From positions 1-53,846 of the forward strand of contig CAMVBR010000001.1 of assembly GCA_947165755.1 (NCBI GenBank): a stretch of DNA of 53,846 nucleotides, given 5' to 3'. Of this stretch, positions 17,301 to 24,375 are shown one piece after another; within the stretch, counting starts at the first letter, position 1; each line of letters starts with the position of its first letter. This DNA comes from an uncultured Clostridia bacterium (GTDB taxonomy: Bacteria; Bacillota; Clostridia; Oscillospirales; Acutalibacteraceae). A program made the translations under genes and the position numbers. The notes under the pieces are model-generated. The model saw only the letters and a program-made list of their open reading frames with translations, was not told where the DNA came from and made no database searches.

Positions 17301-19171
17301 AGAGAGAATGCTCCCGCTGCGATTACGTTGAAACCCGCGAGATCCCGGCGCTCGAACACACGCAGGGCGAATATATCGCTCCCGCCGATCCCACCTGCAC
17401 CGAAGACGGCCACGGCGAAGGCTACTACTGCGCGAACTGCGACGGCTACTATCAGGAGCCCGCTGTGATCGCCGCGCTCGGCCACGACCTTGAAACCGTT
17501 GCAGGCACACCCGCCACCTGTACCGAGGAAGGCATCCCGGATTGCTACAAGTGCACCCGCTGCCAGAAACTCTTCTCCGATGCCAACGGCAAGAATGAGA
17601 TTACCGACGGCGTAGGCACCATCCCCGCCCTCGACCACAACTTCACCGATTGGGTGGTTGCGGTGCTTCCCACCGATACCGAAAAGGGCCTTGAAAAACG
17701 CAGATGTATCCGCTGCGGTATTGTGGAAGAACGGGAGATCGAGGCCCTCGGCCACGATATGACCTTCGTTCCCGCGAAGGACGCCACCTGCACCGAAGAC
17801 GGCAACGTCGCCTACTATGCGTGCGCCAACTGCGGCAAGGCCTTTGCCGATGAAAACGGCGAAACCGAGATCGCGAACCCCGTGATCGCCGCCCTCGGCC
17901 ACGATCTGCCCGCCGAGCCCGTCGAAAGCGTTGCGGCTACCTGCGTCGCCGACGGCTACAATAAATTTACCTGCGCGCGCTGCAATCTCACCGTGATCGT
18001 CGTTCTGCCCATGAACGGCGAGCATCCTGCCGACGCCATCATTCCTTACGGCGCCGATACGCCCGCAACCTGCGCCGCCACCGGTCAGCAGGCCGGCACC
18101 GTGTGCTCGCTGTGCGGCACCGTGATTACCAACGCCGTAACGCTGCCCAAGCTTGCGCATACGCCCGAAGCTGAAGTGAGAGACGCAAGAGCGGCCACCT
18201 GCATCGCAACCGGTTACACCGGCGATCTCTACTGCGCCGTATGTAATCAGGTGATCACCCCCGGTACTGTGATCGAAAAGACGATGCATCAGTTCGGCGA
18301 ATGGGTCACCGTAGAATCCACCTGCACGGAATACGGCTCCAGAACCCGCACCTGCGCCGTTTGCGGCGATACGGACGTCGTTGAGCTGCCGGTGCTCGGC
18401 CATCAGGTCGTAACCGATAAGGCAGTGGCCGCCACCTGCGACGCCGCCGGTAAGACGGCAGGTTCCCACTGCGCGCGCTGCGGCGAAGTGCTCGTTGCGC
18501 AAACGGAAATCGGCGCGAAGGGCCACGCCTATAAGTATCAGGTGGTCGAACCCACCTGCACCACGGTCGGCTACACGGTTTATACCTGCGTCAACGGCTG
18601 CGGCGATACCTACAGAGATAACTATACGCCCAAGCTTGACCACGTGGTCGGCACGCCCGCTACCTGCACGGCCCTTGCCGTGTGCGCGAACTGCGGCAGA
18701 TCCTTCGGTGAGTACGCACCGCACAACTACGTTAAGGATGAATCGGCCAGCAGACCCGCAACCTGCGCGGCCGACGGTGTGAACGTATTCGTATGCACCG
18801 CCTGCGGCGATTCTTATTCCGTAGCGATCACCGAGCGTCCCGTACACGTGGTAGATGAATCCACAAAGAATGTCACGTTTACCTCCTGCACCGAACCTGG
18901 GCGTATTACTTACGAATGCGCCAACTGCCACCAGATCGTTGTGGATGTTGAGCTGCCCGCCCCCGGACACAGCTATGTGAACGGTGTTTGCGAGAACTGC
19001 GGTCAGCCCGAACCCTCCTCCTCCGACGACAGCGGTTCTACCGTAACCTCTGAAAAATGCCCGAAGTGCGGTCTGAACCACAACGGCCGTACCGGCCTCT
19101 GGAAGCAGGACGGTCTCTTCTGCAAGATCATTGCCTTCTTCAGGAATCTGTTCGGATTCTTCAAAAGATAA
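14357..19171 (+). CDS. Large secreted repeat protein (1604 aa): signal peptide, Listeria-Bacteroides-type repeats, ~20 Cys-rich repeats, hydrophobic/amphipathic C-terminal tail
   Basis: Track ORF 14303-19171 trimmed to MKAYGKKALSVFLALLMCLTVMAL.. (AGGAGG upstream). Repeat signatures WTFVGWNG, YTFAGWAV, DFVGWNT and YVFDHWEY. The Cys-repeat array is listed separately. C-terminus CPKCGLNHNGRTGLWKQDGLFCKIIAFFRNLFGFFKR. Confidence 0.9.
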   Translation: MKAYGKKALSVFLALLMCLTVMALDFSALTAGAYTASPTHSYYFKVVNTWKDTYYDGGDSGRITVYGKDKNGTGSQVTLWNNYDLGSGFVDGGESTTSTRTDGYWPTQVYVSANVDNNNNMFYNPQGANFRIDLYVRDENSGTYNRYEFATFSWSSSTVSGGGGTSGKNSGWKDCPSGLYPKATKVATSKSEGNAVNTNAANITLNATGGANKTLSLSAYVYDQYNAIWTAAPKSWSVSGTVGGDASLSTTGANENNTLTVTATKYTRAKANLTVKANYDSLYHQWTVPITPTYKITYNVSGNGGTSAVPGPDNTANGTANANVSYTIPSGGNYTAKKEKGSSSTGTWTFVGWNGSQSATSGTKPGSAITIDNYNDTLYAIFSKTATATFNWYNASGTRQSQNVTSTVYNNATQYSFAVPSVPATMTANNTTYTFAGWAVDSTTKTSADHAKTETTVKRNIKNGNLTDTYQFYALYTSSVTLSYNNNGGSGSPASQTGNLVLNCGANASAAANTSGRATFTLNPDNVRMTRSYSSDFVGWNTSQTDAQTNERATYKDGTVTWGASSSLPTTITIAQNTTVYAAYYDFRYNVKFYDYKGTLLNTQTIRHNYSATAPDMPTNASAPSHTDSGSHYVFDHWEYTDGSTYSNSDKLKKLVNGYTYEVWGKYVGHKHIWGEPYDFGGATTCTTGQTYKMRCTVCGFVRDFEDEPIGHAFEVVGVAEPTCTKAGSYGKKVCRNCGVLDPTYSVVINGVETLITDENRIIPALGHDYGDVNFDHLTDDEGSFLVEPITVAATCTTAGYYYYECARCGEKARVGNIPATGHDWDSHEQKDPTCTEPGEEAYTVCKNCGLYLEGHETEAQRVLPALGHDYKLVEETDSTCTEKGHYAYYECARCGDLFDADKAQIDAVPEKDLAPHDYQFVDHVDATCTEPGYTGAWLCSVCGQADPDKEAGKVIPALGHDLPDTWTEVTAATCAAPGEEKRECSRCDYVETREIPALEHTQGEYIAPADPTCTEDGHGEGYYCANCDGYYQEPAVIAALGHDLETVAGTPATCTEEGIPDCYKCTRCQKLFSDANGKNEITDGVGTIPALDHNFTDWVVAVLPTDTEKGLEKRRCIRCGIVEEREIEALGHDMTFVPAKDATCTEDGNVAYYACANCGKAFADENGETEIANPVIAALGHDLPAEPVESVAATCVADGYNKFTCARCNLTVIVVLPMNGEHPADAIIPYGADTPATCAATGQQAGTVCSLCGTVITNAVTLPKLAHTPEAEVRDARAATCIATGYTGDLYCAVCNQVITPGTVIEKTMHQFGEWVTVESTCTEYGSRTRTCAVCGDTDVVELPVLGHQVVTDKAVAATCDAAGKTAGSHCARCGEVLVAQTEIGAKGHAYKYQVVEPTCTTVGYTVYTCVNGCGDTYRDNYTPKLDHVVGTPATCTALAVCANCGRSFGEYAPHNYVKDESASRPATCAADGVNVFVCTACGDSYSVAITERPVHVVDESTKNVTFTSCTEPGRITYECANCHQIVVDVELPAPGHSYVNGVCENCGQPEPSSSDDSGSTVTSEKCPKCGLNHNGRTGLWKQDGLFCKIIAFFRNLFGFFKR
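16360..19010 (+). repeat. Tandem array of ~20 coding repeats (~44 aa each): [AP]TC[TA]..G-x(4-6)-C-x2-C-[GDNQ] ... [IL]PALGH[DNTS]
   Basis: Read from the translation, for example ATCTTAGYYYYECARCG..IPATGHDW, PTCTEPGEEAYTVCKNCG..LPALGHDY, STCTEKGHYAYYECARCG, ATCTEPGYTGAWLCSVCG..IPALGHDL, and so on to TSCTEPGRITYECANCH..APGHSY. One copy is degenerate (PTDTEKGLEKRRCIRCG). Confidence 0.8.
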
Positions 19172-19190
19172 CCGTTAACGGTTTGCTCCG

Positions 19191-19232
19191 CGCCCCGGAT
19201 GAAGATCCGGGGCGTGTTTCTGTTTTGCTGCG
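19191..19232 (+). terminator. Rho-independent terminator after the 1604-aa protein gene
   Basis: CGCCCCGGA (19191-19199), loop TGAAGA, TCCGGGGCG (19206-19214), then TGTTTCTGTTTT. Confidence 0.65.
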
Positions 19233-19242
19233 CAGGACGAGG

Positions 19243-19271
19243 TTGACATAAAATCGGCTGTTTGCTATAAT
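19243..19271 (+). promoter_or_regulatory. Consensus SigA-type promoter for the VTC/DUF4956/rSAM operon
   Basis: TTGACA (19243-19248), a 17-nt spacer, then TATAAT (19266-19271). It leaves a ~130-nt leader before the ATG at 19402. Confidence 0.5.
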
Positions 19272-19401
19272 GCAGTTAAATGAAAAAGCAGAAAATTCCG
19301 GGCGTTTTGCTTTGCTTCGGTTGCATTTAAGGCGTCCGGCACTATCGTTTTGCGGGGAAAGACAAAGCCCGTCTTTGCCCGGAAGGAGGAAATCCGGCAG
19401 T

Positions 19402-20079
19402 ATGAGCTGCAGGCAGGAATTGAAATATGAGATCTCCGCGGCGGAGCGGGAGCTGCTTCTGCGGCGGCTGTCGGCGGTATTGCTGCGCGACCCCTACGCG
19501 ACGGCGGACGGGACCTATCGGGTGCGCACGCTCTATTTCGACGATCTTGAGAATACCGCGTTGGGCGATACGCTTTCCGGTGCGCCGGAGCGGGAAAAGT
19601 TCCGCCTGCGCATGTATAATCTCGATCCCTCGTTTTTGCGACTTGAGAGAAAAACCAAGCGGTACGGCGGCGGCACAAAGCCGGAGCTGCGTCTGAGCGT
19701 GGCTCAGGCGCAAAGCCTTCTGCGCGGCGAATACGGTTTTCTTTCGGCGCGGCCGGAGCCCTTCGCGCAGGTCTGCCTGGCCGACGCGCGTGCGGGCGGC
19801 CTCAAGCCCCGCACGGTGGTGGAGTACACCCGCGCCGCGTTCTGCGACGCTTCCGGCAGTGTGCGCGTTACGCTCGACAGTGATATCCGCGTGTCGCCGC
19901 GCACGGACGCCTTCTTCGCGCCGACGCTCTCGGGTATGCCCGCGGCTGCGCAGGGCGAATGCGTGCTGGAGCTGAAATACGATCAGTATCTGCCCGATTA
20001 TATTCCGCAGCTCATCGGCTCCGTGGGCCGGCTGCGCACTGCCTATTCCAAATTTGCCGCAAGCGGCGTTTACTTTTGA
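19402..20079 (+). CDS. VTC-domain (polyphosphate-polymerase-like domain) protein
   Basis: Track ORF 19270-20079 trimmed to MSCRQELKYEI.. (GGAAGGAGGAAA upstream). VTC-like pattern R.ELKY, YRVRTLYFDD, REKFRLRMY, LERKTK..G.T.K. Confidence 0.85.
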   Translation: MSCRQELKYEISAAERELLLRRLSAVLLRDPYATADGTYRVRTLYFDDLENTALGDTLSGAPEREKFRLRMYNLDPSFLRLERKTKRYGGGTKPELRLSVAQAQSLLRGEYGFLSARPEPFAQVCLADARAGGLKPRTVVEYTRAAFCDASGSVRVTLDSDIRVSPRTDAFFAPTLSGMPAAAQGECVLELKYDQYLPDYIPQLIGSVGRLRTAYSKFAASGVYF

Positions 20080-20095
20080 TGCAGGAGGTATCATC

Positions 20096-20788
20096 ATGAC
20101 GGGATTGCTCTCTGTGAGCTTTTCAGACATTTTTCAATCGGATTTTCTGAACCGCATCACGCAGTTTTCGGTTACGGACAGCGCCATTGCGCTCGTGCTC
20201 AGCTTTCTGATCGGTTTGATTATCTACTTTATCTATTCCAGAACCTTTGCGGGGGTCGTGTATTCGGGTTCCTTCAACCTGTCGCTCATCGCCATGACCA
20301 TGATCACCACGCTGGTGATCCTCGGCGTCACGTCCAACATCGTGCTGTCGCTGGGTATGGTGGGCGCGCTTTCCATCGTGCGGTTCCGCTCCGCCATCAA
20401 AGACCCCATCGATATCGTATTTATCTTCTGGGCCATCAGCGAGGGTATTCTGTGCGGCGCGGGGCTCATTCCGCTGGCGCTCATCGGGGCGCCCATCATC
20501 GGCGTGCTGCTGCTGGTATTCACCGCCCGCAAGGATTATTCCGCGCCGTATCTGCTCATCGTGCGGTTCGACGACGCGAAAATGGACCGTAAGGTGGAGG
20601 AGACGGCCAAAAAAGCCGTCAAACGCTGCCGGGTCAAATCCAAAACGCTGGTGGGCGGCAGCGGCATGGAGCTGATCCTTGAGGTGCGTCCGGTAAAGGA
20701 TGATACCGATTTCGTACAAAAGATCAACGCCATGGAGGGCGTTACCTATACCTCGCTTGTAAGCTACGACGGTAACTATACGCCGTGA
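20096..20788 (+). CDS. DUF4956-family membrane protein
   Basis: Track ORF 20054-20788 trimmed to MTGLLSV.. (AGGAGG upstream). Hallmark LGMVGALSIVRFRSAIKDPIDIVFIFWAISEGILCGAG, plus TM segments and a soluble C-terminal domain. Confidence 0.85.
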   Translation: MTGLLSVSFSDIFQSDFLNRITQFSVTDSAIALVLSFLIGLIIYFIYSRTFAGVVYSGSFNLSLIAMTMITTLVILGVTSNIVLSLGMVGALSIVRFRSAIKDPIDIVFIFWAISEGILCGAGLIPLALIGAPIIGVLLLVFTARKDYSAPYLLIVRFDDAKMDRKVEETAKKAVKRCRVKSKTLVGGSGMELILEVRPVKDDTDFVQKINAMEGVTYTSLVSYDGNYTP

Positions 20789-20832
20789 TCCGGCGGCCTG
20801 TTCCTTAAGAGAACAGGGGGGGGAGCGCGATC

Positions 20833-22773
20833 ATGAAAAACGTATATTTCGTTCAGGTAGATATCACTGCGGACGCCGGTTCGCGCAACGTCTACCTGCC
20901 CTACACCGCCGGTTTGCTGGCGGCAAACGCCTGGACGAGCGAAGCGGTCCGGACGCGGTTTCTTCTGAAGGACTTCCTTTTTCTTCGCGATAAGATCGGC
21001 GACGTGCTTTCCTCGTTGGAAGCGCCCGCCGTTATGCTGTTCTGCTGCTACTGCTGGAACACGGAGTACAACAAAGCGCTGGCAAAGGCCGTGAAGGCGG
21101 CCTATCCCGATTGCGTGATCGTGTTCGGTGGCCATAACGTGCCCGATGATACGTCTTTTCTGGAGGCCTTTCCGTATATCGATATCCTGAGCCATGGGGA
21201 AGGGGAGGCCACCGTGAAGGCGCTTCTGGAGGCGCTGGCCCTCGGCGCGCCGCTGGCGTCTGTTTTTAACGTTTCATTCCGCACGCAAAGCGGCGAATGC
21301 GTGCATACCCCTGCCGCGCAGGCCTGCGGCACGGATTATCCGTCCCCGTATCTGGAAGGGCTGTTCGACGGTATCCTGCGGCGGTACCCCGGGATCTCCT
21401 TCAACGCCACGCTCGAAACCACCCGCGGCTGCCCGTATCACTGCGCCTATTGCGATTGGGGGCCGCTGGAATCCCGCGTGCGCATGTTTCCCATGGAGCG
21501 CGTCAAGGCCGAGATCCTTTGGATGAGCGAGCATAAGATCGCGTTTCTCTGGGAGGTGGACGCCAATTTCGGTCTGTTTGAACGGGATGCCGAAATCGCG
21601 GATTTTTTGGTGGAAACCAGAAAGCGCACCGGTTACCCGGAGCGTATGCGCGTGAATTACGCCAAAAACAACCCGCAAACGGTGTTTGAGATCACGCAGA
21701 AATTCCGGGACTGCAATTTTGACCGGGGCGGCGCAACGCTCTCGTTTCAGAGCATGTCGCCCGAGGTGCTGCGGAACATCGGCCGCACGAACCGCGATAT
21801 CGCGTTTTATAAAGCGCTTCTTACCGAATACAACCGCGAAAACATACGCACGTATTCCGAGCTGATCCTCGGGCTGCCCGGCGAAACCTACGAGAGCTTT
21901 ATCCGCGGGGTGGGCATGCTGTTTGAAATCGGGCAGCATTTCGTTTATCACGTGTTTTCGTGTATTCTGCTCCCCAATTCTCTGATGGGGCAGAAGGCGT
22001 ATATTGAAAAATACGGCATCCGTACGGTGCGCGCAAGAATAGAGAGCGCCCACGCGCGCAATGATCCCGATGAGATCCCGGAATATAACGAGGTCATCGT
22101 AGAAACCGGCACCCTGTCCAGAGCGGAATGGGTGCGGGCAAAGGCGTTCAATCTGCTCGCCACGGTGATGCACGCCTCCGGCCTGCTGCGGGTGTTTGCC
22201 GTTTATGCGTATGTGGAAAACCGCCTGCCCTACGAGCGGTTTTATAACGATATGCTTTCCTATATGGAAGCCGGCGCCGGGCTTCGGTTCCCCTCGCTTT
22301 TTATGCGGCTTGCGGCGCGCTTTGAAGCCCTGTCTCGCGCGATGCCCGTGCCGAACCTGACGTTCGCGCCGTGCGGCGACGTCGTATGGGAGGATCACGA
22401 GTATTTCGTGCTTTGCGCGCTTGCGGAGGACGACCTGTTTTACCGGGAGCTCACGCCGTTTTTGCGGCGGTTCGTGCCGGATGAGACGTTGTTTGCGGAT
22501 CTGCTTGCTTACCAGCGGGCCGTTCTGCGCCGCCCGCAGTCGGCGGAGTGCCGCCTGCATCTGCAATACGACGTACACGGGTTTATTTCGGATGCATACG
22601 TCAGCGATTTCCATCCGGTCCGATCGCGGAGGAGCCTGCTCGTTCTGCGCGATTCCGCGCCCATGCCGGATTGGCCCTCCTTCGGTAAGCAGGTGATCTG
22701 GTACGGCCGCATGGGCTGGGCCTCTTATAAGGACGATATCTCTCAGTTGCCCGCCGACGCGCCTGTGCTATGA
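20833..22773 (+). CDS. Cobalamin-binding-type (class B-like) radical SAM enzyme, ~640-aa family, module A
   Basis: GGGGGGAG RBS. MKNVYFVQV.., YLPYTAGLLAANAW, FCCYCWNTEYNKALAKAVKAAYPDCVIVFGGHNV and HGEGE. CX3CX2C at 21427-21453 (TTRGCPYHCAYCDWG), then SELILGLPGETYESF and a C-terminal VIWYGR. Confidence 0.9.
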   Translation: MKNVYFVQVDITADAGSRNVYLPYTAGLLAANAWTSEAVRTRFLLKDFLFLRDKIGDVLSSLEAPAVMLFCCYCWNTEYNKALAKAVKAAYPDCVIVFGGHNVPDDTSFLEAFPYIDILSHGEGEATVKALLEALALGAPLASVFNVSFRTQSGECVHTPAAQACGTDYPSPYLEGLFDGILRRYPGISFNATLETTRGCPYHCAYCDWGPLESRVRMFPMERVKAEILWMSEHKIAFLWEVDANFGLFERDAEIADFLVETRKRTGYPERMRVNYAKNNPQTVFEITQKFRDCNFDRGGATLSFQSMSPEVLRNIGRTNRDIAFYKALLTEYNRENIRTYSELILGLPGETYESFIRGVGMLFEIGQHFVYHVFSCILLPNSLMGQKAYIEKYGIRTVRARIESAHARNDPDEIPEYNEVIVETGTLSRAEWVRAKAFNLLATVMHASGLLRVFAVYAYVENRLPYERFYNDMLSYMEAGAGLRFPSLFMRLAARFEALSRAMPVPNLTFAPCGDVVWEDHEYFVLCALAEDDLFYRELTPFLRRFVPDETLFADLLAYQRAVLRRPQSAECRLHLQYDVHGFISDAYVSDFHPVRSRRSLLVLRDSAPMPDWPSFGKQVIWYGRMGWASYKDDISQLPADAPVL

Positions 22774-22881
22774 GCCGCCGCGCCCCTTTTTTGGAGCCTC
22801 GCGGGCTTGAGGGGAAATGACTTTGGGATGTATCGCATCGCGCGATAAATCCCAATTTCCGGATCTTTCCGCCTCCCCCAC

Positions 22882-22916
22882 GGGCAACCGCTTCGGTTGC
22901 CCTTTTTTATTTTTTT
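22882..22916 (+). terminator. Rho-independent terminator ending the VTC/DUF4956/rSAM-A operon
   Basis: GGGCAACCG-CTT-CGGTTGCCC (22882-22902), followed by TTTTTTATTTTTTT. Confidence 0.75.
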
Positions 22917-22982
22917 ATAGCCCGATCTCTGCAGCCGCCCCTCCGCCCGCGCCGCGGCGGCTGCCCTGCGCGGTTTTTCACC

Positions 22983-23011
22983 TTGACAATCAGGTGCTTT
23001 GATGGTAAAAT
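22983..23011 (+). promoter_or_regulatory. SigA-type promoter (extended -10) for the long sugar/rSAM operon
   Basis: TTGACA (22983-22988), a 17-nt spacer ending in TGg, then TAAAAT (23006-23011). The ATG is at 23050. Confidence 0.55.
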
Positions 23012-23049
23012 TATAAAGGTTAACTATAAGGGGAAAAGGGCTGATTTTT

Positions 23050-23985
23050 ATGGCAAATATCCTGATTACCGGCGGCGCGGGCTACATCGGCTCGGTGCTC
23101 ACCCCCATGCTGCTCGAAGCGGGGCACGAGGTCACGGTGCTGGATTCGTTTTTATATAAGCAGAATTCGCTGCTGGACTGCTGCAAATATAAGTCGTTTC
23201 ATATCGTGAACGGCGACGCACGCGATGTGGATACCCTCAAAAAGGTGCTGCCGGGCAAGGATTTCATCTTCCCGCTGGCGGCGCTGGTGGGCTTTCCCGT
23301 GTGCGATAAAGATAAAACGGCGGCCGTCACCGTGAATCAGGGGGCGGTGGAAACCCTGCTTTCGCTGCGTTCGCCCGAACAAAAGGTGATCTTTCCCTGC
23401 ACCAACAGCGGCTACGGTCTGGGGCAGGGGCAGGCTTACTGCACCGAGGAATCTCCTATTTCTCCCATTTCGCTTTACGGCAAAACCAAAATGGCGGCGG
23501 AAAAAGCCGTTCTGGAGGCGGGCAACAGCGTCACCTTCCGGTTCGCTACCCTCTTCGGCGCCTCGCCCCGTATGCGCACCGACCTGCTGGTGAACGATTT
23601 CGTCTACCGCGCCGTGTTCGACCGGGCGCTGCTGGTGTTCGAGGGGCAGTTCAAGCGCAATTTCCTCCACGTGCGCGACGCCGCCGCCGCTTTTATGTTC
23701 GCCATGGAGCATTTCGACGAAATGAAGGGGCAGACCTACAACTGCGGCCTTTCGGACGCCAATCTCAGCAAGCTGGAGCTGTGCGCCGAGATCAAAAAAC
23801 AGCTTCCCGCGTTCGTATATATCGAAGCCCCCGTGGGCACGGACCCCGATAAGCGCGATTATATCGTCTCCAACGCCAGGATCGAGGCGCTGGGCTACCG
23901 CCCCCGGTATTCGCTGGCGGATGGGATCGAAGAGCTCACGAAGGTGTACTCCATTATCAAGAATTCATTCTACGGGAACGTGTGA
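23050..23985 (+). CDS. NAD-dependent sugar epimerase/dehydratase (extended SDR)
   Basis: ILITGGAGYIGS Rossmann motif and a YGKTK (YxxxK) catalytic motif; 311 aa. Confidence 0.9.
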   Translation: MANILITGGAGYIGSVLTPMLLEAGHEVTVLDSFLYKQNSLLDCCKYKSFHIVNGDARDVDTLKKVLPGKDFIFPLAALVGFPVCDKDKTAAVTVNQGAVETLLSLRSPEQKVIFPCTNSGYGLGQGQAYCTEESPISPISLYGKTKMAAEKAVLEAGNSVTFRFATLFGASPRMRTDLLVNDFVYRAVFDRALLVFEGQFKRNFLHVRDAAAAFMFAMEHFDEMKGQTYNCGLSDANLSKLELCAEIKKQLPAFVYIEAPVGTDPDKRDYIVSNARIEALGYRPRYSLADGIEELTKVYSIIKNSFYGNV

Positions 23986-23986
23986 T

Positions 23987-24352
23987 ATGGAACTGATCAG
24001 GATCCTCACACCCGATTTCGTATATCCGGACGACCGCGGTCTGCTGGTGCAGCTCTGCCGCGGCGGCTACCGTCAGATCAACGCCGTGTTCACCAGAAAG
24101 GGCGCGGTGCGCGGCAATTGGCATTACCACGCCCACACGGACGAGGCCTTCTTCATCCTCTCCGGCCGCATCCGCCTCACCGCCCGCAAAGACGGCGTTA
24201 CCGAGGAACGCGAATTTACCACAGGGGATATGTTCCTCATCCCCGCAAACGTGCGCCATACCTTCGTGTATCTGGAGGATACCTACCTTGTGGGCATGTA
24301 CACCGCCGGCGTGGAAAACCCCGACGGCACGAAGGATATCCTTACCGACTGA
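23987..24352 (+). CDS. Cupin-fold protein (WxcM/polysaccharide-biosynthesis C-terminal-domain-like)
   Basis: Track ORF 23921-24352 trimmed to MELIRIL.., 1 nt after the upstream TGA. DDRGLL, VRGNWHYHAHTDEAFFILSGRIRL and a later FLIPANVRH cupin motif. Confidence 0.7.
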   Translation: MELIRILTPDFVYPDDRGLLVQLCRGGYRQINAVFTRKGAVRGNWHYHAHTDEAFFILSGRIRLTARKDGVTEEREFTTGDMFLIPANVRHTFVYLEDTYLVGMYTAGVENPDGTKDILTD

Positions 24353-24375
24353 TTTTTTTTTGAACAGGAAACCGA

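Noticed and set aside
14330-19081. 1583-aa minus-strand ORF antisense to the 1604-aa repeat protein
   Set aside because: Its G/A/R/V-rich low-complexity translation is typical of open antisense frames in GC-rich genes. The plus-strand product has a signal peptide and structured repeats.
22817-23002. 61-aa ORF considered as a possible radical SAM (RiPP) precursor peptide
   Set aside because: It spans the rho-independent terminator (22882-22916) and the next promoter, and has no RBS. Its sequence is Pro/Ala-rich read-through of GC-rich spacer. No other intergenic region holds a convincing small ORF.
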